This document shows positions 10,824-21,900 of a stretch of 45,587 nucleotides of DNA, one piece after another. The stretch is taken from positions 110,039 through 155,625 of IMG/VR virus record IMGVR_UViG_3300000944_000005, one strand, 5' to 3'. A model generated the notes under the pieces. It was given only the letters and a program-made list of their open reading frames with translations. It was not told the DNA's origin and did no database searches. A program made the position numbers and the translations under genes. Each line of letters opens with the position of its first letter. Positions within the stretch are counted from its first letter, which is position 1. The stretch comes from a virus.

Positions 10824-12767
10824 TTAGAAACAAGTTCCGCTTACGATACGGATAGTGGGACCATTGTCGACAACTTGATCCGGTTCGATTAAATCGATTA
10901 CCGGTTCCATGCCTACAAACGCCGAAACCTGCTCTTCAAAGTTTGATACTGTAACCGAATCTTCTTTTGCAGTCAGGTCCACTAGTAGTAACATTGCTGT
11001 ATGTGGTGGCACTACACGACGTAAAAGTTTCACGTTATGTAGTCCAACACCAGTATCACCACCAGCCGTCGCCTTTAGGCGGACAATATAAGCATTGTTC
11101 CGCAAAACATTTTGGATAATAAACTTGAGTGGGTTAATAGTCTGAGGTAAGTGTACTGCTTGGGGTTCACCTACAGGGTCGGTCCTACGATCCAATAATT
11201 GTGCTATCGTAGCACGAGGGCCACGGAATTCTATTTCACCACAATCAGTACCTGGGTAACGCACTACTCTCGCTGACTTGCATGGATCGATGGGTTGTTG
11301 AGCTAATGCTACCCCTCGTGCGTGTAAGTCGTCGAAGAACTTCTCCACGTCGAGAGGGAACCCGCCAAGATCCCAACTGATTTTAGTGAAACCAGATTCG
11401 TGTTCCGAGTCCACGACAATTGGGACATCACGATTTTCAAAAACTAAATCACTAAAAAAGCAAATAGGTAAGAACCCTTCACCAATCGCCAAAGCATTTA
11501 AGTCGTTAGGTGTCTCACCACAATTCAATTCATGTATCTGTAGTGAGTCGGTTAGGGCGTCACCTCGCTGTACGATGTCACCCACCTCAACTATTGGTGT
11601 AGCACTACCATTAAATTTATAAACGTGTTGATCTGTAATCAACAGGAGCTCGTTTTCGTTTTGCGTATTGATAAACTCCACGGTCTCTTTTGCTTCTTTG
11701 ACTAGCGGTATACCGGTCATGGCAGATAATGCGTTGAGTACATCACATTGTGTAGTACCTCCAGTGATCGCATCGTACACCGCGTTCATTAGATCACGGT
11801 AACCTTGACTAGAACGTAACCGCATCTGTAAGACGTAAGCGAACTGGCGGTAGATCGTGTCCCAATCCCATTCACCCCGCCAAACCCACAACAAAGCCTC
11901 CTGGTCGACGACCACACCTTCATCAAAAATAGGTCGGGTTGCGACGCGTGGATCCTCGAAAGGATTGATCTTAAAAGTGATTGTATTATCCCGCAACTGA
12001 TAATCCACATCGTTAGTCATTACTAACGTAGGATCAGTGAAACGGTTCATTATCACTGGTGCCGAGACTAGGTTGGGTGGTATCGGATAATTGGATATCA
12101 CGGAGTCGCGGGTGCGGTCGTAATGCCAAACATCTTCGATCTCTGCGTTTCCGGTGTTCTCCTCATTTCCGGTGTTCTCCGCATTTCCGTCGTTCTCTTC
12201 GTTTTCATCGTTCTCTTCGTTTCCGTCGTTCTCTTCATTCTCTCTTACTATAAAGGTTGAACCGATTGTCATTGGTGGAATTGTTGGATGTCCTGCAATA
12301 CCGACTGTATTGGTAGGTGTAGGTGTAGGTGTAGGTGTAGGTGTAGGTGACGATTCCTCATTCTCTCTTACTATAAAGGTTGAACCAATTGTCATTGGTG
12401 GAATTGTTGGATGCCCTGCAATGCCGACTGTATTGGTAGGTGTAGGTGAATGATTTAAACTACTTTCTGGGTAAACCAAGAACTCGTCGTACGAATTGAA
12501 GATAGTGTCACCCTTATTCCGCTCACTTTTCTTTACGTAAAGAGGGTACCAATTATCTCGGTGGTAAATAGGAACCGAAAACCGACTCATGGAAGCAATC
12601 AATTCCATGATGTCGAGTAACGTTTGTTGTTCAACCTGAGCCTTTCCGCGCACCAACGAAGACACTTGATCTGAACTCGCGTAATCGCGAGCCCACCAAG
12701 AGCCTAAGACAGCCAGAAGATTTTCTGGTTGGTCGTAGATCGAATTTGGAAAAGCGTAATAGTCCAT
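10824..12767 (-). CDS. Baseplate wedge protein (partner of the J-like subunit) with repetitive insertion
   Basis: TAATG-coupled to the J-like gene; C-terminal LRRVVPPHT resembles the R..PAH motif of wedge proteins. Confidence 0.55.
   Translation of the reverse strand: MDYYAFPNSIYDQPENLLAVLGSWWARDYASSDQVSSLVRGKAQVEQQTLLDIMELIASMSRFSVPIYHRDNWYPLYVKKSERNKGDTIFNSYDEFLVYPESSLNHSPTPTNTVGIAGHPTIPPMTIGSTFIVRENEESSPTPTPTPTPTPTNTVGIAGHPTIPPMTIGSTFIVRENEENDGNEENDENEENDGNAENTGNEENTGNAEIEDVWHYDRTRDSVISNYPIPPNLVSAPVIMNRFTDPTLVMTNDVDYQLRDNTITFKINPFEDPRVATRPIFDEGVVVDQEALLWVWRGEWDWDTIYRQFAYVLQMRLRSSQGYRDLMNAVYDAITGGTTQCDVLNALSAMTGIPLVKEAKETVEFINTQNENELLLITDQHVYKFNGSATPIVEVGDIVQRGDALTDSLQIHELNCGETPNDLNALAIGEGFLPICFFSDLVFENRDVPIVVDSEHESGFTKISWDLGGFPLDVEKFFDDLHARGVALAQQPIDPCKSARVVRYPGTDCGEIEFRGPRATIAQLLDRRTDPVGEPQAVHLPQTINPLKFIIQNVLRNNAYIVRLKATAGGDTGVGLHNVKLLRRVVPPHTAMLLLVDLTAKEDSVTVSNFEEQVSAFVGMEPVIDLIEPDQVVDNGPTIRIVSGTCF
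12143..12448 (-). repeat. In-frame repeat block: ~91-bp duplication (12235-12325, 12358-12448), (GTAGGT)6 at 12313-12348, and 18-bp NEEND/NTG units
   Basis: Read directly; the two copies are offset by 123 bp with 3 mismatches. Confidence 0.95.
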
Positions 12768-14419
12768 TAGCAATTATCTCGATTAACTACAGCAAGTCCT
12801 ATGTCGTCAGGGTACAGCATGAAAGTTGTTGTTCTAGGTGTTACCCCAGTGCTTGGGGAATTAGGAATAGTTAATTGATTTGTGTTGCGGATGATCCAAT
12901 CATCTCCGTCAGGGCGACGGATCCGGCCGTGCATGTCGACAATACTCACGGCCTGTCCAGGTTCTAAGAAGTTGTGTATGACGTCAGTGATTTGCGACGC
13001 GTAGATCGTACCCGGAAAATCGAGTAAGTTTACTTGTCTCGCGATCGCTGCACGGATTTCAGCCAGTTCAGGTGCTGATTCATTAGAACTTTTGATAATA
13101 TCACAGTTGATACTCAGGAAACACGGTACTGCACTTTTAACTAATATGTCTGAAGCTAAATGGCGGTGATCATTACTGGCTAGGAACTCTTGCAGTTCTC
13201 GAATCAGTGGTTGGGTCGAAACACTAACTACGTACTCCCGTGAACCTTCAGTAATTATTTCGGGGGTAATTACAGTGATATCGTCAACGAATTGAATAAC
13301 CGCGGTCTGATAACGCGAATAGATCGCTTCGTTAACTGACTGGATATCAGGTTTCCATTTGTCATCTGCGAAATGGAAACCTCTTATTTCACTTGTGACA
13401 CCAAAACCGGCAATGTCTGCGGCCGCATCCGTACGTCGGACACTAACCACTTCGTAAAAACCTGGGGCATCATCACGATCGAGAGAGAATTGCCACGTAC
13501 CACCAGGTACACCTGGTGTGTAGTCAACTAACCTGGCATTTTTACGTAGTACGACTGTCTGTGGTAACGCATCGGTACGCCCATAAATATCGATACGCCC
13601 ACCACCAGAAACTGGAAAAATCCAATGTTGGTCACGCGTCATCTCGGCGTCACCGAATCCAATGATAGACACGTCGCGAACATCACCAAACACTGGTTGA
13701 GCTTTTATCAGAGCCTCAATGTTCAACCGCCCCGCTGTTGTCTGGGCAGGAATACCAGCCAACATCCTTTCGATCAACTGCTCATTTGTTTCACTAGAAG
13801 TCCCGCTAGTGAAATCAGTATTCGCGAAAGCAGTAACGAATCGAGGCGGAGGAACATCGGGTAGGAACTTTGCCCCGGTACGAGCGTTACCTACCTCACC
13901 GACGTCTTCCGCTGTTGCCGGGACAGTGAACTCAAATGAGCCATCGCCCCTCGGTTCCAGCACACGCTCATTCGGTTCGGTTGTAACCGTTCCGGGTGGT
14001 CGAGCAATAATCGGTTCATTGGTAAGGTAATTAACGCCGTTTGCAATGTACCGCGAGTTTGCGGCTACAACTACGGTGGTGTCTCCCTCTACAACGATCG
14101 CTATTTCACCACTCGCCCGGGTCCCTGTTCTCCTAGTAATCAAAAAATTAGAAAGTACGTGATCGACTAATTCAGGATCAGCTAACTCAGGGTTAGTTTG
14201 GATCGCTAGAAGTGAGCGTGATTCCAATACGCGATTCACTTCGGTTTGGTTGATACCACCAGATACCCCACCAGCAAAGAACGCAACGATGTCGTGAATC
14301 ACACCACGCGTCAACTCAACTTGTGGGTGACGTTCTTGAATCAACTGCGACAACTCAGCTTGTGCATTTTCCACAAGCTGAGGATCTAATTGATTGATGT
14401 CGTTTACTTTTAGACCCAT
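12767..14419 (-). CDS. Baseplate J-like protein (P2 gpJ / T4 gp6 family)
   Basis: RRTGTRASGEI, AEDVGEVGN, FTSGTSSETNEQLIER and GGRIDIY motifs; follows the gp25-like gene; AGGAG RBS. Confidence 0.85.
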   Translation of the reverse strand: MGLKVNDINQLDPQLVENAQAELSQLIQERHPQVELTRGVIHDIVAFFAGGVSGGINQTEVNRVLESRSLLAIQTNPELADPELVDHVLSNFLITRRTGTRASGEIAIVVEGDTTVVVAANSRYIANGVNYLTNEPIIARPPGTVTTEPNERVLEPRGDGSFEFTVPATAEDVGEVGNARTGAKFLPDVPPPRFVTAFANTDFTSGTSSETNEQLIERMLAGIPAQTTAGRLNIEALIKAQPVFGDVRDVSIIGFGDAEMTRDQHWIFPVSGGGRIDIYGRTDALPQTVVLRKNARLVDYTPGVPGGTWQFSLDRDDAPGFYEVVSVRRTDAAADIAGFGVTSEIRGFHFADDKWKPDIQSVNEAIYSRYQTAVIQFVDDITVITPEIITEGSREYVVSVSTQPLIRELQEFLASNDHRHLASDILVKSAVPCFLSINCDIIKSSNESAPELAEIRAAIARQVNLLDFPGTIYASQITDVIHNFLEPGQAVSIVDMHGRIRRPDGDDWIIRNTNQLTIPNSPSTGVTPRTTTFMLYPDDIGLAVVNRDNC

Positions 14420-14429
14420 CCTTGGTCTC

Positions 14430-14942
14430 CTAGATCGTTATGTTCGTGGGTACGATTGAAATTGGTAAAATTACTTGGCGACTCTCTCCGGCTTGGTTAT
14501 CCAAAGCTACGGTCAACTGGAGTGACCCCTCAAATAAGACAACCTGATCTAGGTTCGATCGCGAGAGTCGTTCGTCGTCCGGCATGTCAGCAGTTTCTTC
14601 GTTGACTAGATTTGATCTAACCTGCTGTGCTGCAAAATTGAAATAAGCCTGTACGTCAAACTCTGTCCGAAGGCGTCCAGCTCGTACCCAATTAAGGAAG
14701 TCGCTACCACGGTTCGCTAAATGGAATCCCATTGAGCCTCGCGTGGTGAGGAATTCTAACGCCCAACGTTGTGCTAGTTTCTGTATACCGGTACAAACTT
14801 CTCCACCGATCTCTGCGTCAAAGATAGTCCTAGTAGATTCAGAGGTAAACAATGATTGCGTAAGTTGAGCGTCTCCGGATGCCCGCACATCACGGAAAGC
14901 CAGAACGTCGAAACGTCGATTGATGTAGTCAACTGTACTCAT
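14430..14942 (-). CDS. gp25-like baseplate wedge / sheath initiator
   Basis: TGIQKLAQRWALEFLTTRGS...GSDF pattern, size, and position before the J-like gene. Confidence 0.7.
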   Translation of the reverse strand: MSTVDYINRRFDVLAFRDVRASGDAQLTQSLFTSESTRTIFDAEIGGEVCTGIQKLAQRWALEFLTTRGSMGFHLANRGSDFLNWVRAGRLRTEFDVQAYFNFAAQQVRSNLVNEETADMPDDERLSRSNLDQVVLFEGSLQLTVALDNQAGESRQVILPISIVPTNITI

Positions 14943-14951
14943 TAATTTCCT

Positions 14952-15428
14952 TTACTCGCTTGACGCGCCCCCTGCAGCTAACCAAGAAGCGATTAAAGCT
15001 TCAATACCTCGTTGACGATCAAATACGTTACCGTGTCCGTGACCAAAGCGACGACCGTGTCCGATACAAAATGCTCGTACGGGTGTCATGTGTCTTGCAC
15101 GGAAGGCTCGTTCCTCTGCGGCGTTGTAATCCAACTGTAACTTCAACGCGACTACATCACCGCCGGTACCAGCATCTTCTGGATTGTTGGTCACATCCTG
15201 GTACTGTGTGTTGATAGGTTCCCGGTCGAACGCAGGATTATGTAAGTTCGGGACATCCAATAAACTCTTCGTGAAATCGGTTGGGACTTGCCACTCACGT
15301 TGGTGTTTACCTTGAATAGCATTCTGAAGTATGGCAGCTTGTCTGCGCAGGTCTTTTAATCGGTTCACAAACACTTCGTGAACTTCGCCTTTCTTCTTAC
15401 CTTTGATTGTACCTTGTGATCCGGGCAT
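14952..15428 (-). CDS. Hypothetical protein with C-terminal His/Gly cluster
   Basis: TAATG-coupled to the sigma gene; 158 aa. Confidence 0.7.
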   Translation of the reverse strand: MPGSQGTIKGKKKGEVHEVFVNRLKDLRRQAAILQNAIQGKHQREWQVPTDFTKSLLDVPNLHNPAFDREPINTQYQDVTNNPEDAGTGGDVVALKLQLDYNAAEERAFRARHMTPVRAFCIGHGRRFGHGHGNVFDRQRGIEALIASWLAAGGASSE

Positions 15429-16231
15429 TATGATTTAAAGGGGTCGATGGTGAAACGTTCGTCTAACATACTTTGAATTTTGTTCTTCCGTTGACTGACT
15501 GCCCCAGGGGAGATACCCATTCGCTGAGCAATGGCGGATGTCTCTAATTTAGGAGCTCCATGCATTCCCAACGTATAGTCCATGATTGCTTGATCAGTTT
15601 CATGCAAGTCGTAATAAACCATTTGCTGCCATGCCTTATCGACATCAGAGTCACCTGGTATTGAAGACGCCGGTGAGTATGTCTCCCCTTCCGCGTCAAC
15701 GATTGAACCAGAGTTGAGTCCCGAGTTGGCTTTACGAATATGCTCGATCCGCTTCAAAGATAAACCAGTACTGTTGGCTACTTCCATGTCGCTAGGGTCG
15801 CGGCCGAGATCATCCCGTAACGACTCCTCTGCATTACGTAAATGTCGACGATCCAGTGTGATCCGTTCTGGGATACTGATCATCTGATTCTCTTGACCAG
15901 AGTATCGTTGCAACCTACGAAGTTGACTCAGTAAATGCGTCCGCATGTTGCCCTTGTTGGCGTCATAAGTCCCGAACGCTTCCAACGCCATCAACTTGGC
16001 TTGTGACTTTATTCGTGGGCTCGCATTAGTACCTGCGTATGAGTAGACCGCCCGATCAACAACAGGTTGGACCGATTTAAGTAATGCCGATCGTGTTACC
16101 GGTGAGTCTTCAGCTTTCCACGCGTCCCAGTTCTCTTGGTAACTAGACTCAAGTTTACCTTGACTAGCGTTACTACCTGACCAGAACGGCATTGTTTCGT
16201 CAATTATCGAGTTAGGTAAGTTTTTAGGCAT
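15428..16231 (-). CDS. RNA polymerase sigma-70 family factor (FliA/SigF-like architecture)
   Basis: Region 2-like ALEAFGTYDANKG, region 3 ISIPER...LGRDPSDMEVA, region 4 HTH IAQRMGISPGAVSQ; ATG 16231 overlaps the end of the hub gene. Confidence 0.85.
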   Translation of the reverse strand: MPKNLPNSIIDETMPFWSGSNASQGKLESSYQENWDAWKAEDSPVTRSALLKSVQPVVDRAVYSYAGTNASPRIKSQAKLMALEAFGTYDANKGNMRTHLLSQLRRLQRYSGQENQMISIPERITLDRRHLRNAEESLRDDLGRDPSDMEVANSTGLSLKRIEHIRKANSGLNSGSIVDAEGETYSPASSIPGDSDVDKAWQQMVYYDLHETDQAIMDYTLGMHGAPKLETSAIAQRMGISPGAVSQRKNKIQSMLDERFTIDPFKS

Positions 16232-17987
16232 TAGCTTCGAACTCCCCTTCAGGTTCAATACGATCGTTGTTTACTAGTCTAGCCCCTGGCCAAGCGTTTG
16301 CGTAAAGGGGTGGATGCCTTACGGACGTAGCCGGACTAGTATTCTCGCTTGCTGATCGAATATGGGCAAGACTGAAGGCCGTACCGGCTTTCTGACTTTC
16401 TGCATTTATTACATAAGAGACTTGTGTGACTGTGGCGTAGATGTCTTCCTGAATCTGATCCGCGTTATCGATATTTCTCGCACCAGCTGCGTGTACTAAT
16501 ACATTAGAACCAGGTGAAATATCAAATCGTAACTTACCAGATAATTCACCAACTCTCCCCTTTAACGACTCCATCACATACCATTGCCTACAGTAAAGTG
16601 ATATAAGGTCCCGTCGTGACCCTATGGCTGCGTTCATGTCACGTGGTTCATTGTCTGGAGCTGCAGCTTCACTTGAACTATCCAACGCCGTACCGATAGG
16701 TAACCCGTTAATACCCTCAACACCAGGTGCATTTATGAAAGGTAGTATCGGATCGGATAACCATTTAGGTGCATCTTTAAACAGTACCATACCGCTAGTT
16801 ACCTCCCGCGGATTATAAATTCCGGCAGCACCGCCGAGATCAATTGGTAAAGTACCTAAACCTAAATCGCTTCCTGCAGCATACATGATAGGGTGCGCGA
16901 TCCCAACACCGCGAAGTACTTGATGTAGTTGAGCGTTCAAGTCTGCGTCTACGTAATCCTCCGCTCCAATAACTGCCCAAGGTTTACCTTGTAGTCCTCC
17001 GGTGAACGGTACGATCAGTGCGTCATCTACACGAGGAATAACTGAGAACCAGTAAGACGGCGCCCACTCACCTACCAGTTTACCCCATAGTGTTGTATTG
17101 ATCCAACTACCACCACTTTCTGATAGTAACGCTTGCCGTATACCCGAAGCTAAAAATCTTAACTCCGAGTCTTCAACATTAACACTTGGACCATCATCAG
17201 GATCATCAGGATCATCACGTGGTTTTAGTTGTAACTCAAGTAGTTGCCCTTCCGGGTTTGGCCCCATACGATTAATCGCTTTCAGTATAGGGTTATCCTC
17301 CATTTCCCCGTCAGCATCATCTGGGGGTGCTGGGTTACCACCTAATGCTTCGTCTAAAGGATCATCCTGCGCCAGTTGTTGCATCCATGTATGTAAAACG
17401 TTACCCCAGATATCACCTAACGAGCTTTCGTTTATATGACTCGCACTTGCGGGTGTCCAACCCGCTACTCCGTTACCGTCACCCGCGGCGTCCGGTGTAC
17501 GATTGGCGGAACCAATTTCACGAAAGATTGCAGGGTACGTTAAGTTTGCTGGGTTACCTGGGTGACTGGACGCGGACGCGGCAGAAGCATAGTTAAGATC
17601 ACCTAACCAGTGAAGCATGTGAATCATGAAGTTAGCACTACCTCTTGTACGTCGCCACCCTGTACCTACGACACGACCTTCAAATATCTTAAAACCATTT
17701 GTCTCGTCATCGAAAGTGAATCCTGGCATCCCCGGATCAGCTTGTTCGATAGAAGAAAATATTGGTTTGAGAAAAACCTCAACTGGTAGTTGTATGTTCA
17801 GATCGTTAATGACTCGGTGGATAGTTGCAAGTTCACCAGTAGCTACATTCTTACCTACAGCCACCATGATAGAAGCAGTCGGGATACTGTTCATTGCAAA
17901 TGATGCCGTGTACTGTACAACATCGCGGAAAGGAATTCCGTCGATGATGGCAGTTAGTTGGAGTTTTATTACCGCGTGGCGTGGCAT
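16224..17987 (-). CDS. Putative baseplate hub protein (T4 gp27 / P2 gpD-like)
   Basis: N-terminal IPTASI...KIFEGRVVG and C-terminal LRFDISPGSNV...VTQVSYVI beta patterns; downstream of tape measure and initiator. Confidence 0.6.
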   Translation of the reverse strand: MPRHAVIKLQLTAIIDGIPFRDVVQYTASFAMNSIPTASIMVAVGKNVATGELATIHRVINDLNIQLPVEVFLKPIFSSIEQADPGMPGFTFDDETNGFKIFEGRVVGTGWRRTRGSANFMIHMLHWLGDLNYASAASASSHPGNPANLTYPAIFREIGSANRTPDAAGDGNGVAGWTPASASHINESSLGDIWGNVLHTWMQQLAQDDPLDEALGGNPAPPDDADGEMEDNPILKAINRMGPNPEGQLLELQLKPRDDPDDPDDGPSVNVEDSELRFLASGIRQALLSESGGSWINTTLWGKLVGEWAPSYWFSVIPRVDDALIVPFTGGLQGKPWAVIGAEDYVDADLNAQLHQVLRGVGIAHPIMYAAGSDLGLGTLPIDLGGAAGIYNPREVTSGMVLFKDAPKWLSDPILPFINAPGVEGINGLPIGTALDSSSEAAAPDNEPRDMNAAIGSRRDLISLYCRQWYVMESLKGRVGELSGKLRFDISPGSNVLVHAAGARNIDNADQIQEDIYATVTQVSYVINAESQKAGTAFSLAHIRSASENTSPATSVRHPPLYANAWPGARLVNNDRIEPEGEFEANA

Positions 17988-18496
17988 TACTGGCGTTCCT
18001 GCGGTAAGGATTCGACACGTTCAGCGTATGCTAACATCAAAGCGGTGAATCGGAATGTCGCGGCTTGCTGACTTTCGTTGTAAATACGAAACCATGTATC
18101 ATACGGTGCAGTGTTCACTGTAGGGAATATCTCTTGTAACGCTGTCGTATTAACAACGTTCTCCAACAACGACAATGTCGACGCTAGATCACTACTCACA
18201 TCCCGCGGCGTACTGAGTAGATCAGGTTTAAACGGTAGGTAAGTAATACGTGAGTCTTTGACCAACAAGTCTTGCGCTGCGGGTGATGCGTGCATGATTT
18301 GCATGATTCGACGCATCTGATAGTTTAATCTTAACCGATCGCCATCATTACCGAATAAGGCGTGACGTACCGCACGCATACCCGGTGGTAAGTGACGAGG
18401 TATGAACATCGGGTCAATGAACTCTTCACCAGGTTCATCAACACCATGACCGTTACTCCCAGTGTTCATAATGAAAGTTCTTACGTGGTTGATCAC
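17987..18496 (-). CDS. Hypothetical tail/baseplate protein
   Basis: Likely GTG start at 18496 (GTGA overlap with the upstream stop); coupled at both ends. Confidence 0.6.
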   Translation of the reverse strand: MINHVRTFIMNTGSNGHGVDEPGEEFIDPMFIPRHLPPGMRAVRHALFGNDGDRLRLNYQMRRIMQIMHASPAAQDLLVKDSRITYLPFKPDLLSTPRDVSSDLASTLSLLENVVNTTALQEIFPTVNTAPYDTWFRIYNESQQAATFRFTALMLAYAERVESLPQERQ

Positions 18497-18981
18497 TGTT
18501 GATTCCCTGGGAAGGTATTGAAACGGAAAGCCCACTGCCCGAGGTTACGCTCAGCGTCTACAACATCCAGGTTCATCCCAACAAGGAAACCACTGTAGTC
18601 GATAGACCCAAAGTTGATTCTTACTGGCTCACCACCAGGTGCTGCGATACGTAACCTCCGATAAACGTCTGATATTTGGCGGATACCGTCAGTAGGACCA
18701 TTTGGTCCAATACACGGGAGGGTAAAACACACACCAGATATTCGTAACTCACCGATCCGATCGCCGAACACGTAAGCATAGATAGTCTCATTGAGTGTGT
18801 GTAGGAATTGGTAGTTACCATTCTCCACAACGGCCGCTTGGGTAACGATAGCGCGGGTGGTTTCCGTACCAATATCCGTACCCAACATTACGATACGAAA
18901 AGGTAAGGCCGCACCGCCGTCACCATGTTGAGAAGTTACGCGGACTACTGAACCGCGATTGTGAGAAAAAAATGCAGGCAT
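18493..18981 (-). CDS. Tail tube initiator-like protein
   Basis: Tube-like pattern YQFLHTLNETIYAYVFGDRIGELRISG directly after the tape measure gene. Confidence 0.55.
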   Translation of the reverse strand: MPAFFSHNRGSVVRVTSQHGDGGAALPFRIVMLGTDIGTETTRAIVTQAAVVENGNYQFLHTLNETIYAYVFGDRIGELRISGVCFTLPCIGPNGPTDGIRQISDVYRRLRIAAPGGEPVRINFGSIDYSGFLVGMNLDVVDAERNLGQWAFRFNTFPGNQQ

Positions 18982-21900
18982 TAAACGGTTCCTGATGCGT
19001 TTTGAACTGTATCCATAAGACCTGGTCCATTTAGATTTAAGTTAGCTGTACCGTCCTCATTTACGGTCACAACTCCCGTCACTGTAACGTCCATTTTCTT
19101 ATCTTGTTTATCCTCTACAGGTACTGCGGCTCCGTTGAACTGATTAATACGTTGCAGCATTTCTACCGCCGCGTCGCCAGGATCCAAACTTTCTAAACCG
19201 CTAAGTGGGTCTGACATCTTTTTGAATTGCTGTAAACTATCTCGCTCCGTGTCGTCAAGGTTGAGTCGTGCTACACGATCGTAAGCACTTGCTCGTTCCT
19301 CTGCAGTAAGTTCTTCAAGTTTCTTATCACCGAAGACACCTTTTTGCATAGCCATTTCCATGATACTGTCGCGACCGCGAAGAGCTCGATCTAAACCAAC
19401 GCTACGGTCACCATCTGTGATTGCTGCCATTAATTTATCTCTGTTACTGTCTACTTCGAGTCGTACCCTCGTCTTACGCGATGTAAGCCCAGTTAATCGT
19501 TTAAATACATCCTCAGCTCGGTCAGCTACAGAACCTTTTTTCAGGAATTCTTGTGACGCTTCCAGGTCTTTCTTTTCTTCCGCAGTCATAGCTTCACGCT
19601 TGCGGTTCTCTTTGTTAAGGCCTTGCCCTGGTAGAGTCACGTAACCTCGACGCCGTTGTATCTCTGCCCACTTACCTCGCATACCATCAAAAAGTTTACG
19701 GGCTTCGGGATCTTGACGAATTAATTCCTCTACAGAGATTTCTTTATCTGCAGCCATCGTCTGGAGTTTTGTAGACATAGCGGAAGCGTCGCGAACTAAT
19801 TTCAATCCACCTTTACCAAGTTGAGCCATTGATGAGTCGTCTTGCATTAATTGTCGTGACCGTCTTGCAGTGTCGCGAACGAAAGCTCGCATAACATCTT
19901 TAGATTCATCAGTCATCTTTTTACCGAGACCGGTAGCTGCTTGTTTACCTAAGTCTGCAACAACATCGATCTCTTCATCTTTGACCAGCATAGATAAACG
20001 ATCACCGACTATTTTACGATGACTATCTTTCAGTTTCTTGGCTTTTTCTGGGTCAAGCATTATCGTTAACGATTCACGTAATTTGAGTGGATCTTTCACC
20101 ATACTGAATTCTTCTTGCGAGTTGTCTAGTATATTTAACGCCTCCTTTGCGTAAGTACCTCCTTCATTTAGTCCGCGGATCATAGTGGCGGCTTGTTTTA
20201 GTTTTTTAAATTGCTTTGGGTCACGGACGTCAAGTTTACCAGTTTCACTAACCAACCCGAACATTTGCGCTAACGTACCGGTAGGGTCGTGTTGTTCAAT
20301 CTCTGCTACGTCTACACCATTTAAGGTATCCGACAGTATTTCTAACCCATCTGTTTCACCGGTAGCCTCTTGAAGTGCGTCGGCTACTCGTCTGATTGGT
20401 CCTGATGTCCCTAACGCTGATAACGCTGTCTGCTTTATTGAGTCTGCCTCAGCTAGTCGTTCTCGTACTGCGACGCGTTGTTGGGCTTCCGGTGAGTGTA
20501 CGTCCGCAGCTACTTGAGCATTCTTGAGCGGTGTACGACTAAAGACTGTGTTCATCACGGCGTAGGAAGTTTCTGCTATAGCAGCCAAACCAGTTTCACC
20601 ACCACGACGCGCTATAACTTCTTCAACCATAGCGTCCACTTCAGCGTCTGATGTGTCTTTAGGTAGGTACGCTTTAAGTTGTTCACGTGTACGATACTTA
20701 AATGACTTCTGTAGTGCTTCTCGTCGTAAATCGTCGTCTTTTCGGGTCTTCGAATCCATTCGCATAAAGTCACTAGCTATACCGCTACCGATTCTGTGCA
20801 TCATTACGCCGAACTCACTATTATTTTTAATTGTACCGTTATTGATTAGTAACTCACTGATACCATCTTCATCCAATACATTCCGTAACCGACCACCAAC
20901 GGCAGGCGCGAGTGAGTTATTAATCACTTCATCTAACTGGAAGTGCTTACGGGTAATTTGATCAGTATTGAACTCTTGTATGTGTTTTTGATTACCGGAG
21001 CGATCCATTATCACGGCCTGCGCCTCATTATATGTAAGTCCTGCATCTCTACTCAACACATCAAATAATTTTGATCGTCGCATCGCTAAACTGTGGCTGC
21101 GCCCATCAAACTCATAATCTCGTTGTCCGTTACGAATCGCACTAACGATTGAACTTAATTCAGATCCCTCTGCCGGGTCAATCATTCCGGTTTCTGACAT
21201 CCTCATAATACTACCAAGTTGGTTGGCCAATGGTGACGCGGCCGCGTGCATTCGTAATTGACCATCAACCAACGCTAGTTGCTCCTTAGACATAGCTCCC
21301 CACACCGGCATGTCCAGGTTCAACGTATCCCCTGCCGCTGCGCCGAAGAGTGCACTTTGCTGCGCCGTGCGTACGGCAAATGATCGGTCAAGTCCTAGTT
21401 GATCTGCGGTATTTGCGTATTGAGCGGTTAGTCCAATCATCCCCTGCACACCGATACCAGTCTGTTTAGCAATGTTGTGCGTCTTTCGTACCATCGCCTC
21501 CACGGACGACGAAGACATTGTGGCCAACCCGCCCTGGGTTAACGCGTCTAGTCCGTTGATAATTTCACGCATCGGAGCATTCGGGTTACCCATGTCACCG
21601 AAGATGTCACGCATGGCTCTGACAGCACCGGCCATGTTCTTCAAACGCCCAGAGATACGATCGGCGTCAGCAGCCTGGATAATACCTTCACCGCCTGGTA
21701 ATGCTTGGAGTTCGTCAAGTGATAGATCGACACTCGGATCCTTGATCCGACGGTGTGAGTCTTGTACTTGATTACGTGCGGCAGTTATTTGGGCAGCGTT
21801 TGGGTTAGCAATATCCTGAGCTGCAAGGACACTCTTAGCGATGCGATCAATAGTACCTGCGTCTAATGAGTCAGATACAGCACCGCGTTGTTCTTGTACG

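Noticed and set aside
12143-12448. CRISPR array or DGR template/variable repeat pair
   Set aside because: Repeats are in-frame coding with only two long copies and no spacers; mismatches are synonymous and not adenine-specific; no reverse transcriptase in the window.
17192-17217. 9-bp repeat encoding DDPDDPDD in the hub gene
   Set aside because: Short in-frame slippage in an acidic loop; no evidence of function.
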